43,780 bases of DNA, from contig JBHGBC010000033.1 of assembly GCA_041946805.1 (NCBI GenBank), forward strand, positions 1-43,780, written 5' to 3'. Under the pieces are notes generated by a model, which saw only the letters and a program-made list of their open reading frames with translations, ran no database searches and was not told where the DNA came from. Below are positions 20,424-30,127 of this stretch, piece after piece. Origin of the DNA: a bacterium. Lineage in GTDB: Bacteria > Hinthialibacterota > Hinthialibacteria > Hinthialibacterales > Hinthialibacteraceae. A program made the position numbers and the translations under genes. Numbering within the stretch: position 1 is the first letter of the stretch; each line of letters starts with the position of its first letter.

Positions 20424-22256
20424 GTGAATACACCCATCCGGTTTGAACTGTATCAGCGGAACCTTGGCTTGCTGTTGCGCATCTATCCCCAGTACCAATC
20501 CTTGTTCGAAAACGGGATTCCCGATTCCACCCGGTTTGACATTCAGCCCCTCGGGTCTCAATCTTATACCTGTAGCATGAAAACCGCGCCGTGTCCGGCG
20601 GATGGTCAGGGGCAATCCGAAATTCGCTGGATTCACGGGCCGGGCGATCCGTGGGCCTGGGCGGAGGAACGGATCCGGGAGGCCGGTTTGGACACGCACC
20701 GCACGTTCGTGACCGTGCGTCCGGGCCTGGGGTATCTTCCCTTTCTGTTGTATCCCCGGCTGCGCAAGGGACGCCATGCCCAGCGCCTGCTGCTGGCGGA
20801 AGACCGGATCGATCTGTTCCGTCTCGCGCTGCAGTTGTTCGATTGGACCGACCTTCTCCGTTCCGACCGTGTCATCCTGCTGTTGACGGATAATCCAGTG
20901 GCGGCCGTGGTGCAATTCTTCTCCATCAATCCGGTGGCCATCCTGCCGCCGCTGCGGGTGCAAACGGGCATCGTGGAGGGCGGCGAAGAGCACACCCTGA
21001 TGGCCGCCTTACGCCAACAGCTCACGGAGCTGGCGCGAACCGTCAACGGCGCCGCCCGGCAATATCTACAAGAACTGCGGGATCATTATCGAACCGCGTC
21101 TCCAGCGAAAAGCCGGTCCCGGCGCGTTCTGCTGGTCGAGCCGGAGCATGAGTACCTCGCCCGGCCCCTCGCCGGCGCCTTCGAACAGGAGGGCTGCCAG
21201 GTGAGCCTTTTTCAGGGCAATCCCCGCATGATTCACTTTCTCAATCCTTACATCTGGCTGGCCTACACGCGGGAGCATTTCCCCGACATCTTGTTCTGGA
21301 TGAACCGCAACACCCTCTCGCCGGAAGGGGCCGAGGCCCTAGCCACCCTGCCCATTCAGAAGATCCTGTGGTTTCTCGACAGTCCCAAGCGGGTGCAGAC
21401 CAGCCGTGAGGAGCTGCAAGCCACCGACGTCTGTTTTTCGTTCGATCCCACCTATGTTCCCTATCTGCGCGTGCTGGGCGGCGGAATGGTCCAGCCGTTG
21501 GCCACCGCCGCGGGAATCCTCCCGTTGCCGGAATGCGTTCCGGGCAATACCTGGCCTACGCGGGAAGGCGCACCCATTGGTTTCGTGGGAGCCTTGGCGG
21601 CGGACCGTTTTCAGGAGGTGCGGGAGTTTTGGTACCGTCGTGATCCGGATTTTGTGCGGATTCTGGATGATTTGGTGGATGAGTACATGGGCGATCCCGC
21701 CATTTCGTTGGAGGAACGTTACGAACGTTCCCCCGGGCGGGAGCGGCTGCCCTATCAAGGCTTCGTGGTCTTGTACCTGGAAGAACGGGCGACCTGGCTG
21801 CGGCGGCTGCGGTTTCTGCTGGCCGTCCACGATTTGGGATTGACGACCTACGGCGCGCCCGAGTGGGGCAACCCGGATTGGGCGCGCGGCCTGGTTCCGT
21901 GTTTTTCGGGCGTGGCGCCCCAGTACACGGAGCTGTCACGGGTATACTACCACACGCGGATCAACGTCAATGTTTTTCACGTCCAATGCGTCGACTCCTG
22001 CAATCCCCGCGTGTACGATGTCCTGGCGGCCGGCGGCTTTCTGCTGACGGAATACCGTCCCGCCCTCGAGCGGGAATTCCGCTCCGGCGAACACTTGGTG
22101 TGTTTCCATACGCCCGAGGAGTTGCGCGAGAAAGCCGAATATTACACGGCCCATCCGGACGAGCGGGATGCCATCGCCCGCGCGGGACAGGCATTCGTCC
22201 TGAACCACGCCACCTACCGCCATCGCGTGCGGGATATTCTATCGGCGATTGGGTGA
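20424..22256 (+). CDS. CgeB-family (Glyco_trans_1_2) glycosyltransferase with extra N-terminal domain
   Basis: C-terminal RINVNV..NPRVYDVLAAGGFLLTE..EELREKAEYY..HPDER..IA..G..V..HATYRHR signature; GTG start. Confidence 0.85.
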   Translation: MNTPIRFELYQRNLGLLLRIYPQYQSLFENGIPDSTRFDIQPLGSQSYTCSMKTAPCPADGQGQSEIRWIHGPGDPWAWAEERIREAGLDTHRTFVTVRPGLGYLPFLLYPRLRKGRHAQRLLLAEDRIDLFRLALQLFDWTDLLRSDRVILLLTDNPVAAVVQFFSINPVAILPPLRVQTGIVEGGEEHTLMAALRQQLTELARTVNGAARQYLQELRDHYRTASPAKSRSRRVLLVEPEHEYLARPLAGAFEQEGCQVSLFQGNPRMIHFLNPYIWLAYTREHFPDILFWMNRNTLSPEGAEALATLPIQKILWFLDSPKRVQTSREELQATDVCFSFDPTYVPYLRVLGGGMVQPLATAAGILPLPECVPGNTWPTREGAPIGFVGALAADRFQEVREFWYRRDPDFVRILDDLVDEYMGDPAISLEERYERSPGRERLPYQGFVVLYLEERATWLRRLRFLLAVHDLGLTTYGAPEWGNPDWARGLVPCFSGVAPQYTELSRVYYHTRINVNVFHVQCVDSCNPRVYDVLAAGGFLLTEYRPALEREFRSGEHLVCFHTPEELREKAEYYTAHPDERDAIARAGQAFVLNHATYRHRVRDILSAIG

Positions 22257-22309
22257 GGCCTGGATGAATGTATTTTCACCGATCATTTCCATCCGTTTGT
22301 GATATAGTG

Positions 22310-22864
22310 ATGATACGATTGATTTCATTTGTGTTGCGGAATTCGATAGGGACGAAGCGCGGCCCCCAACTTCTGGCGGGCGCGGTGTTGTCGCTGGCCT
22401 GTGTTTCATGCGGGGAGCGGTCCGGTGTTTCGTCCCGGCCTTCGGGCGCGCTGGGACCTTTGCCCACGGTGACCTTTCAACTGGGAGGGGCCGAGGTGGC
22501 AGCGGAAATCGCTTCGTCCCCGGCCGAGCAGCAGCAGGGCCTCATGTACCGCGAATCGATGCCGGAAAACCACGGCATGCTGTTTATTTACCGCAAGCCA
22601 TCGTTCATGCGGTTCTGGATGAAGAATACGTGGATTCCGCTCGCCATCGCGTTTATCCGGGAGGACGGCGTCATCAGCAATATCGAGGAAATGGCGCCGG
22701 AGCCGGGGCCGCTCGATCCGGTGAAGTTCTACACTTCCCGGCAACGCTGCCTGTACGCCCTGGAGATGAACGCGGGTTGGTTCGAGAAACACGGCGTCAA
22801 GCCGGGAGACCGGATTGAGTTGCCGATGGAGGCGATCCAGCGGATCGCGCGGAGAGGGGAATAG
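22310..22864 (+). CDS. DUF192 domain protein, possible lipoprotein
   Basis: AEIASSP.EQQQGLMYR, GMLFIY, FWMKNTWIPLAIAFI, YALEMNAGWF; lipobox-like LACVSC. Start uncertain (22268 or 22310). Confidence 0.88.
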   Translation: MIRLISFVLRNSIGTKRGPQLLAGAVLSLACVSCGERSGVSSRPSGALGPLPTVTFQLGGAEVAAEIASSPAEQQQGLMYRESMPENHGMLFIYRKPSFMRFWMKNTWIPLAIAFIREDGVISNIEEMAPEPGPLDPVKFYTSRQRCLYALEMNAGWFEKHGVKPGDRIELPMEAIQRIARRGE

Positions 22865-22992
22865 AGTGCTTTCCCCCGAGGGACGAAAAAGAAGAAGGGA
22901 TTCCAAGGTTGACGGGTAAATTAGGACTCAAAGCCGTAGGCATGCTTCCATGTTGATCCATAAAAAATAACGAAACCGGCCTGGGAGGTTGA

Positions 22993-24825
22993 ATGATGCG
23001 GTTCAAACACTTGTTTCCGCTGTTCTGGCTCGGAGTGTTGGCGGTCCCGGCGCCGGGCCAGGACCGGATCGACGCGGAGAAACGGCTGGATGACGTCTCC
23101 TCGATCTGCTTGTATCTCGACGGGACCACCCTGTTCGTGGGCGGCACGGACCAGCTGCGGATCTATGATGTCAGCGACAGTTCCAATCCGTTCTTTCGGG
23201 GCAGCGTGGATCTGCCGGCTTCCGCGGCGAGCATCACCACGGCGGGCAACGTGGCCATGGTGGCCCTCGACCGGCCGAACGATCCCAACCTGCTGGTCGT
23301 GGATATTTCCGACCTGACTCAGCCCAAAATCCTCTTCGAACGGCGCGCCGGTTCGCCCGGAAAGTTGCTTTCCTCGGTGCGCTCATCCGGCCGGACGATT
23401 TTTTTGGGGGTGGACGACGAAGCCTTCCAGTCGGCCATCCTGACCGATGACAACGATCTCAAGTCGATTTCCAGTTCCATCCCCCTGGATGGCTCGCCCA
23501 TCACCGATATCGAGATTTACGGCGCGCGGGCGTTTGTCTCCACGTGGTTCGGCATCGCGGTGGTGGACATCAGCGATCCGGCCGATCTCAAGCAGGTCAA
23601 CTACATCGAATCGCTCGAGATTATCAACGGCCTTTCCGTCGAAGGGAATGTGCTGGCGGCGGCGGAAAGCATTTTGGGCATCAATTTCTACAACATCACC
23701 AATCCCGACGCCCCGAAACTCATCACCCAACTCCCCGCCGCCTATTGGGGCACCAACGAAGTCTACCGGGTCTGGCTGCGGGAGAAATTCTGTTACGCCG
23801 CCGTGCTCTTCAAGCCTTCGATGGATGTCACGGCGCCCTCCATCCAAGGCGGCCTGCGCATCATCGACATCGAACAACCCACCAATCCCCGGGTTATCTA
23901 CCGCACCTGGGACAAACCTTTCGAGGATATCACCGGCCTGGATGTCATCGCCTATGATGGCTATGTCTACCTGGCCGAGAACACCGACCTGGGGATTTAC
24001 CGCCACGGTCCCTTCGGCACGCGGCCGACATCCACCCCCACACCGACCGCCTCGCCCACGCCCGGCCCCACGAACACCCCGACGCCGACCAACACGCCGC
24101 CCGTGCTGTTCACGCCGACCCCCAAGCCCGGCGGTCCGACCAACACCCCGACGAACACGCCCGTGATTCCGCCGACCAACACACCGGTCAACGCGCCGAC
24201 CAACACGCCCGTGGTCCCGCCCACCGCCACGCCCACGGTTCCCGCCGCCGCGACGCCCACGCCGCCTTCGGGAACGCTGCAACCGCTTTATCACAACGGC
24301 CTGGACGGGGCGGACCTGGCCTCGAACGACGCGCTGGAAATCCCGGGGACCTTCTCCAGTCTCGCGCCGGCCGCCTGGCTGGTGACCGATGTGGTTCCCG
24401 GCGGTGGAGAGAACCTGGGCGTACAGGGCAACGCGCTGCGGATTACCGTGCAGCCGGGCGCAGGCTCGCTGTATCTCTTCAGCAACGCCCGCGCGCAAGA
24501 GGTTCCCGGAAAAGCGCTGGTGCGGGTGGCGGCGTGGACCAGCAATCCGGCCGCGCAGGTGTTCGCCGGCGTGATCGACACCGACGCCAACGGCAACCTG
24601 GTGGGAACCGATCTGGGGATGAACCAGTTGACTTCCACGCCGGTATTGACCAAAACCTGGCGGATCGTCACCGCCCTGCACGAGTCGCAGACGGGTTACG
24701 TCAAGCCCTTCGTGCAGGTGGCGGGCGGCACCGCGGGCAGCGATGTGTATATCGACAACATCCAGATCTATCACCTCCTGCCTGGACAATCGTATCCGGC
24801 GGAACTGCTGGGCGTGACCCGGTAA
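22993..24825 (+). CDS. Secreted LVIVD-repeat beta-propeller protein with Pro/Thr linker and C-terminal beta-sandwich-like domain
   Basis: RBS GGAGG, signal peptide, repeats LLVVDISDLTQP / IAVVDISDPADL / LRIIDIEQPTNP, PTNTP repeats at ~24018-24270. Confidence 0.85.
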   Translation: MMRFKHLFPLFWLGVLAVPAPGQDRIDAEKRLDDVSSICLYLDGTTLFVGGTDQLRIYDVSDSSNPFFRGSVDLPASAASITTAGNVAMVALDRPNDPNLLVVDISDLTQPKILFERRAGSPGKLLSSVRSSGRTIFLGVDDEAFQSAILTDDNDLKSISSSIPLDGSPITDIEIYGARAFVSTWFGIAVVDISDPADLKQVNYIESLEIINGLSVEGNVLAAAESILGINFYNITNPDAPKLITQLPAAYWGTNEVYRVWLREKFCYAAVLFKPSMDVTAPSIQGGLRIIDIEQPTNPRVIYRTWDKPFEDITGLDVIAYDGYVYLAENTDLGIYRHGPFGTRPTSTPTPTASPTPGPTNTPTPTNTPPVLFTPTPKPGGPTNTPTNTPVIPPTNTPVNAPTNTPVVPPTATPTVPAAATPTPPSGTLQPLYHNGLDGADLASNDALEIPGTFSSLAPAAWLVTDVVPGGGENLGVQGNALRITVQPGAGSLYLFSNARAQEVPGKALVRVAAWTSNPAAQVFAGVIDTDANGNLVGTDLGMNQLTSTPVLTKTWRIVTALHESQTGYVKPFVQVAGGTAGSDVYIDNIQIYHLLPGQSYPAELLGVTR

Positions 24826-24840
24826 ACGCTACCCCTTTGT

Positions 24841-24870
24841 GGACGCGCCGGGACCGCTCCCGGCGCGTCC
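24841..24870 (+). terminator. GC-rich hairpin after the LVIVD gene
   Basis: GGACGCGCCGGGA-CCGC-TCCCGGCGCGTCC perfect 13-bp stem; only a weak U-tract follows. Confidence 0.55.
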
Positions 24871-25114
24871 GCTTGCCGCTTTTCCCGATCTGCTTGATCT
24901 TCCCCCGTGAATCAAGTTAAATACCCGGACAGCTGGCGGGAGTGATGAATTTTTTGAGGCTTACCCCGGATTGGTTTTCCCCGGGAGTAATGAGGGCGGA
25001 GATGTAATCATAGCCCTGTATAAAGGTTCATCCAGGCATTGAAATTCGATGGGGGAATAGAATTCGATTCATACCGGATATTTCGGGCGGAGACATAGGT
25101 CCCTGTGCCAAATT

Positions 25115-25148
25115 CCCTCACCCTAATCCTCTCCCGGGGGGAGAGGGG
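25115..25148 (+). repeat. BoxC-like palindromic repeat
   Basis: CCCTCACCCTAATCCTCTCCCGGGGGGAGAGGGG. Confidence 0.8.
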
Positions 25149-25242
25149 ATTTTCAGTGGGGCTGACCGGCGAGACGAATTGATTATGGATCGGATCTTCT
25201 TGATACAGGTATAAACGTGCCGGATAGACTTAAAAAACTTCA

Positions 25243-26418
25243 ATGAAAATACTCTACTTCGACGTTTTCGCCGGAATCAGCGGGGATATGTGCCTGGGAG
25301 CGCTGGCGGACCTGGGCTGCCCCACCGGAGAGATCCTGGAAGTGCTGCGGAAAATGGAGATCCCCGGTTTCGGCCTGCGCTGGGAACCGTCGCGGCGCGG
25401 CCCGCTGACCGGCACTCAGGCGCGCGTGACGGTGCAAGAGGAACATCACGTGCACCGCACGCTGGCCGGCGTGCTGGCCATCGTGGACCGCACGGCCTGG
25501 CCGGGGAACGTGCGGGACCGCATCGAAGCGGTCTTCACCGCGCTGGCCAAGGCCGAAGGGCGCATTCACGGCAAACCCTACGACCAGATCCATTTCCACG
25601 AAGTCGGCAGTTTCGACGCCATCGTCGACATCAGCGGAACCCTGCTGGCCTTGCACCTTTTGGGCGTGGAGCGCTGCGCCGCCTCCAAAATCCACGTGGG
25701 GGAAGGGTTTGTGGAATCCCGGCACGGAAAATTGCCGCTGCCGGTGCCCGCCACGGCGGCGTTGCTGACGGGTTTTGAAATCTATTCGACGGGGCGGCCC
25801 ATGGAGATGGTGACCCCCACCGGCGCGGCCCTGCTGCATGTGCTGGCGGGGGGATCGTCATCCCTGCCTTCCATGCGACTGGAGCAGGTGGGGTACGGGG
25901 CCGGATCGCGTGAGGCGAATGATCTGCCCAATATGCTGCGTGTGTTTTTGGGCAGCACACCGTACGCGTCCACGGACGTGGTCACGGTGATCGAGACCAA
26001 TATCGACGACATGAATCCCGAGTTCTACGCGCCGCTGTTGGAAGGGCTGTTCCAGGCGGGCGCGCTGGACGTGAGTCTGACGCCGCAGATGATGAAAAAA
26101 AGCCGGCCGGGGACGCTGCTGAGCGTGATCGCCCCCCCGGCGCTGCGGGAACCTCTCGCGCAGATGATCCTGGCCAACAGTTCGTCCATCGGCCTGCGGA
26201 TGCACGATTGCGAACGGCGCATGCTGCAGCGCCAGGCGGCCGAGGCGCCAACCCCCTGGGGACCGGTGCGGGGCAAGGTGTGCTGGGGGCCGGGCGTGCC
26301 TCAACGGTTCACTCCCGAATACGAAGATTGCCGGCGGATTCACGAGGAGCGCCAAGTCCCCATCGCGTCCGTGTACCAGGAAGCCGTGCGCTCGTATCTC
26401 CAGCAGGTGAAGCCATAG
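25243..26418 (+). CDS. larC: Nickel pincer cofactor biosynthesis protein LarC
   Basis: AGISGDMCLGAL.DLG, HFHEVG..DAIVDI, EMVTPTGAALL, IETNIDD, MKKSRPG, PEYEDC. Confidence 0.93.
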   Translation: MKILYFDVFAGISGDMCLGALADLGCPTGEILEVLRKMEIPGFGLRWEPSRRGPLTGTQARVTVQEEHHVHRTLAGVLAIVDRTAWPGNVRDRIEAVFTALAKAEGRIHGKPYDQIHFHEVGSFDAIVDISGTLLALHLLGVERCAASKIHVGEGFVESRHGKLPLPVPATAALLTGFEIYSTGRPMEMVTPTGAALLHVLAGGSSSLPSMRLEQVGYGAGSREANDLPNMLRVFLGSTPYASTDVVTVIETNIDDMNPEFYAPLLEGLFQAGALDVSLTPQMMKKSRPGTLLSVIAPPALREPLAQMILANSSSIGLRMHDCERRMLQRQAAEAPTPWGPVRGKVCWGPGVPQRFTPEYEDCRRIHEERQVPIASVYQEAVRSYLQQVKP

Positions 26419-26479
26419 ATACGAGACGGTTCCCATACAGGAGATCGAATTTCCGCGGTCACGACAAGGAACAGGCAGG

Positions 26480-27547
26480 ATGAAATCCAGAAAAATCCAG
26501 GTGTTGACCGCCTTCGCGATCGGCGCCGTGTGCTTATATCTCTTTGCGCGGAAAGTGGAAAACTGGCCGGCAGTGTGGTCGGCCATGCTCGAGACCCATT
26601 ACGGTTACTTCTTCCTGGCCGTAGTGCTCAGCGCCAATTCGATCCTGATCCGCGCGTTTCGGTGGCAGTGGCTGTTGGGCGAGCCGTACGTGCCGGTCAA
26701 CCGGTTGTTCCTCATCGCCAACATCGGCTTCATGGGCAATGGCGTCTTTCCCGCCCGCATGGGGGAGCTGATCCGCCCCTTCCTGGTCTGGCGGTTCACG
26801 CCCCATGCCTTCCCGACCGCCCTGGCGACCATCGTGGTCGAGCGGATCTACGATCTTCTGGGCCTGCTGCTGATCCTGGCCTACGTGTTTTACGTGTTCC
26901 CGTTTCCCGCCGCGGCCGATCCGGCCGGCGACAATCCGCGTGACACCATTCAATATTTCGCGCAGCTGGGCGTAATGGTTTTCCTCGTCCTCTTTGGGGC
27001 CATCGCGGTGATGACCTACGCGCCGGAATGGAGCCTGAAGGCCGCGCGCCGGATCTTTCAGCCCCTGCCCAAGGTGATCTCCGAAAAACTGCTGCAGGCG
27101 GTCGAATCATTCGAACAAGGCGCCAACACGTTCCGGAAACCGAAGGCGTTTCTGTACTGCCTGGCATGGACCCTGGCGTTGTGGCTCTCCATCGCCTTCA
27201 GCGAGCTCGTGATCCTGTGGGCGATGGGCATCACCCAGGTGGGCCTGGCGGGCGCGTTGTTTTTGATGGTGGGATTGTGCTTCGCGGTGATGTTTCCCCA
27301 GGCCCCCGGCTACCTGGGCCCCTACCAATTCGCCGTGCAGCTGATTCTGGCCAAGACCTTCCTGGTGGATTCCGGCCAGGCCACGGCGGCGGCGTGGATC
27401 ATGTGGCTGTCCCAGGTGCCCCCGGTGATCCTGCTGGGATTCGTGTCGCTGCTGGTCCTGGGCGTGTCGTTCCAGGAAATCGCGCGCGTCCAGGAGGAGA
27501 TCCCCCGCGGCGCACCGGCGTCCCCCGCGCCGCCCGGCGGGAGTTGA
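26480..27547 (+). CDS. Lysylphosphatidylglycerol synthase TM / UPF0104 flippase-like membrane protein
   Basis: IRAFRWQWLL, N..FPARMGELIR, ATIVVERIYD, PQAPGYLG; multiple TM helices. Confidence 0.88.
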   Translation: MKSRKIQVLTAFAIGAVCLYLFARKVENWPAVWSAMLETHYGYFFLAVVLSANSILIRAFRWQWLLGEPYVPVNRLFLIANIGFMGNGVFPARMGELIRPFLVWRFTPHAFPTALATIVVERIYDLLGLLLILAYVFYVFPFPAAADPAGDNPRDTIQYFAQLGVMVFLVLFGAIAVMTYAPEWSLKAARRIFQPLPKVISEKLLQAVESFEQGANTFRKPKAFLYCLAWTLALWLSIAFSELVILWAMGITQVGLAGALFLMVGLCFAVMFPQAPGYLGPYQFAVQLILAKTFLVDSGQATAAAWIMWLSQVPPVILLGFVSLLVLGVSFQEIARVQEEIPRGAPASPAPPGGS

Positions 27548-27548
27548 A

Positions 27549-27986
27549 ATGGACCGGCCGCGGGACGAAGAGTGGCTCACCCCCGAAAGCCTGACCGAGT
27601 GGATCCGGCGGTTGGGAATCCACCTCGACCTGCGGGAGTTGAACGCGCTCCCGGCGCGCCCGCTGGTCTTCTCGGAATACCGCCTGGAGCCGCCCACCAT
27701 CGTGATCTACCGTTACAAACCACTGGAGGAATGGCTGAACCTGATATGCCAGCGCCACGTGGGGTATTACGGCCCGTGGTATTATCTGCACGCCGCCTAC
27801 CGGCTGTATTTTCACCTGGAGCTGAACGGGCTGTACGAGATCGAGCGGAAATGGTATCACCGCTGCTTCCACCGTCTGGGAACCCTCGAGGAGCGGGCCT
27901 GCCGCTTCACGCGGGAAATCCTGGGCACGCAATACGACCCCGCGCGCTTCGACCGGGAGGTGGAGAAAGGCTTCCAGCCGGGGTGA
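27549..27986 (+). CDS. Hypothetical protein, possible degenerate zincin-like fold
   Basis: Starts 1 nt after the upstream stop; host-like codon usage; AYRLYFHLE...EERACRF. Confidence 0.7.
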   Translation: MDRPRDEEWLTPESLTEWIRRLGIHLDLRELNALPARPLVFSEYRLEPPTIVIYRYKPLEEWLNLICQRHVGYYGPWYYLHAAYRLYFHLELNGLYEIERKWYHRCFHRLGTLEERACRFTREILGTQYDPARFDREVEKGFQPG

Positions 27987-28113
27987 GGGTGGATCTATCC
28001 AACGCGCGGTATGTGAAATCGGCTTGAATGATACGCTTTATTTATTTATAATATATTCGTTATCTCGTCCTGTCGAAGGACGAACATACATGTGATGAGG
28101 CATGAGGTCTCCA

Positions 28114-29193
28114 ATGTCAAACGTCGCCACATACCTGGATTTTTTTGCGGGTAGCGGCCTAGTTTGCGAAGGTTTGAAAGATTTTTTTGTTCCGGTTTGG
28201 GCAAATGATATTTGTGAAAAAAAAGCCGAAGTGTTTCTTGCGAACCACCCATCGGAAATTTTTCATCTAGGACCAATTGAAAAAGTGAAAGGATGGCATG
28301 TACCTGTTGCGTGCTTGTCATGGGGTAGCTTTCCTTGCCAGGATTTATCGTTAGCAGGAAAAATCAAAGGCATTTCACACACAAGGAGCGGTTTGGTATG
28401 GCATTGGCTTCGTGTGATGGACGAGATGAAACATCGGCCTTATATAGCTGTAGCCGAAAATGTGGTAGGACTAGTTTCAGCTGATCATGGAAAACATTAT
28501 AAATTGCTGCATGAATCTCTTGTAGATCGCAATTATAAAGTAGGTTCTATCATTCTTGACGCAGCATACTGGGTTCCTCAATCGAGGAAAAGAGTTTTCG
28601 TTATTGCTGTGAAACACGATTTGCCTACGAAGGAACTTGAAACCGATCATCCAACATGGTGCCATCCCGACTCAATAGTACATATTGCCCAAAATGTTCG
28701 TGACTGGATTTGGTGGAAATTGCCTGAACCTGTATTTGAGAGAAAGCGAATTGAGGAAATCATAGATTTAGACGCGCCGTTTGTGGACGCTTCGAAGCAG
28801 TCCCATTTGCTTTTCATGATCCCACCGAAGCATCGTCAACAGATGGAGGATGCTTTTCAAAATGGATATAATGTTTTCCCTGGATATAAGCGGGTTAGAA
28901 ATGGTAAACAAGTCTTGGAACTTCGATTCGACGGATTGGCGGGATGCTTAAGAACCCCAGGGGGAGGTAGCAGCCGACAGTTTGTAGTAATACGAAAAAA
29001 TGGTTCTTTAAATATCCGACTATTAACAGTAAAGGAAGCCGCGTTGCTTATGGGTGTTCCCAGCCATTACAAGATCCCAGGTTCATATAATGATGGTTAC
29101 AAAGCGATGGGTGACGCGGTTGCTGTTCCGGTCACGCGTTATCTTGCGAAATATCTATTGCACCCTCTCGCGCAAAAATTCATGAATGCATGA
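28114..29193 (+). CDS. DNA (cytosine-5)-methyltransferase
   Basis: Motifs FFAGSG (I), FPCQD (IV), ENV (VI), PQSRKRVF (VIII), GDAVAVP (X). Start 28114 (or 28102). Confidence 0.95.
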   Translation: MSNVATYLDFFAGSGLVCEGLKDFFVPVWANDICEKKAEVFLANHPSEIFHLGPIEKVKGWHVPVACLSWGSFPCQDLSLAGKIKGISHTRSGLVWHWLRVMDEMKHRPYIAVAENVVGLVSADHGKHYKLLHESLVDRNYKVGSIILDAAYWVPQSRKRVFVIAVKHDLPTKELETDHPTWCHPDSIVHIAQNVRDWIWWKLPEPVFERKRIEEIIDLDAPFVDASKQSHLLFMIPPKHRQQMEDAFQNGYNVFPGYKRVRNGKQVLELRFDGLAGCLRTPGGGSSRQFVVIRKNGSLNIRLLTVKEAALLMGVPSHYKIPGSYNDGYKAMGDAVAVPVTRYLAKYLLHPLAQKFMNA

Positions 29194-30127
29194 AAAGATG
29201 AAATCAATAATTGAGGCATTGTCGGAGTTTCATCGAAAATACCAAATGAAAGGCAAGGGACCATTATGCGTTGCCCTTGTAGTAACAAGATACGCTAAAA
29301 AACATGGCTTGCCTCTTCGACCAGAAGATCTGTTGACAGAGGGAGGAGGTCAAGTCGTGGGATTAGGGAAATTCTCGGTTCAGTCAATATTGAAAGATCA
29401 TGGAATCAACCGTGTTTTAGCGGAAGAGGGAGGCAGAACGAGCCGCGGCAGCATTGGAAAAATGAAAATATATGCTGCTTTTCTAAATCAACTTAACGAG
29501 CATGGACCTTTGAACCTGGATGAAATTGAATCCTGGTGGATTGATAAGGTAAAAGATTTTTTTGCGCAAAAACCGTTTGTATTTCGTTACGATCCCTCAA
29601 AATCCCTGAGAGCCGTAATACGGGATTTGTTAAATCAGGCGGAAAAACGGCAAGCACAATTCAAAGGCTCTATGTTCATGGGAGCAATGCTTCAGCATTT
29701 GGTCGGAGCTAAGCTCAATCTGCTTATGGATACTCCCCTCACACACCACGGCGCATCCGTGGCGGATGAGGTTTCAGGCAGACAAGGCGATTTCATAATC
29801 GAAGATGTAGCCATACACGTTACGGTGTCGCCATCCGAAGCGTTAATGCGAAAGTGCCGTGTCAATATAGATAGCGGTTTAAGACCTGTCATTATTACAA
29901 TTTCCAAAAGGATAATGCTAGCATCAGGACTTGCGGAAGATGCGGACCTTGTGGATAGATTGGACATTTTTGAGGTCGAGCAATTCTTGGCGGGAAATCT
30001 TTATGAATTGGGGAAGTTTGCACGATTTGGGAGACAAGCCACGGCGGAACAGTTGATACAGGAATATAACTCAATTGTAACAGAATGTGAAACGGATCCA
30101 AGTTTACGCATTGAAATGGGAAAATGA
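29186..30127 (+). CDS. DUF4928-like protein, candidate restriction endonuclease
   Basis: KGPLCVALVVT, LAEEGGRTSRGS, GAMLQHLVGAKL, GDF..EDVAIHVT motifs recalled from DUF4928; overlaps both the MTase and vsr. Confidence 0.75.
   Translation: MHEKMKSIIEALSEFHRKYQMKGKGPLCVALVVTRYAKKHGLPLRPEDLLTEGGGQVVGLGKFSVQSILKDHGINRVLAEEGGRTSRGSIGKMKIYAAFLNQLNEHGPLNLDEIESWWIDKVKDFFAQKPFVFRYDPSKSLRAVIRDLLNQAEKRQAQFKGSMFMGAMLQHLVGAKLNLLMDTPLTHHGASVADEVSGRQGDFIIEDVAIHVTVSPSEALMRKCRVNIDSGLRPVIITISKRIMLASGLAEDADLVDRLDIFEVEQFLAGNLYELGKFARFGRQATAEQLIQEYNSIVTECETDPSLRIEMGK

Noticed and set aside
24018..24270. Periodic ACCAACACGCC repeats as a CRISPR array or VNTR
   Set aside because: They encode the PTNTP linker in frame; no constant repeat-spacer structure and no cas genes.
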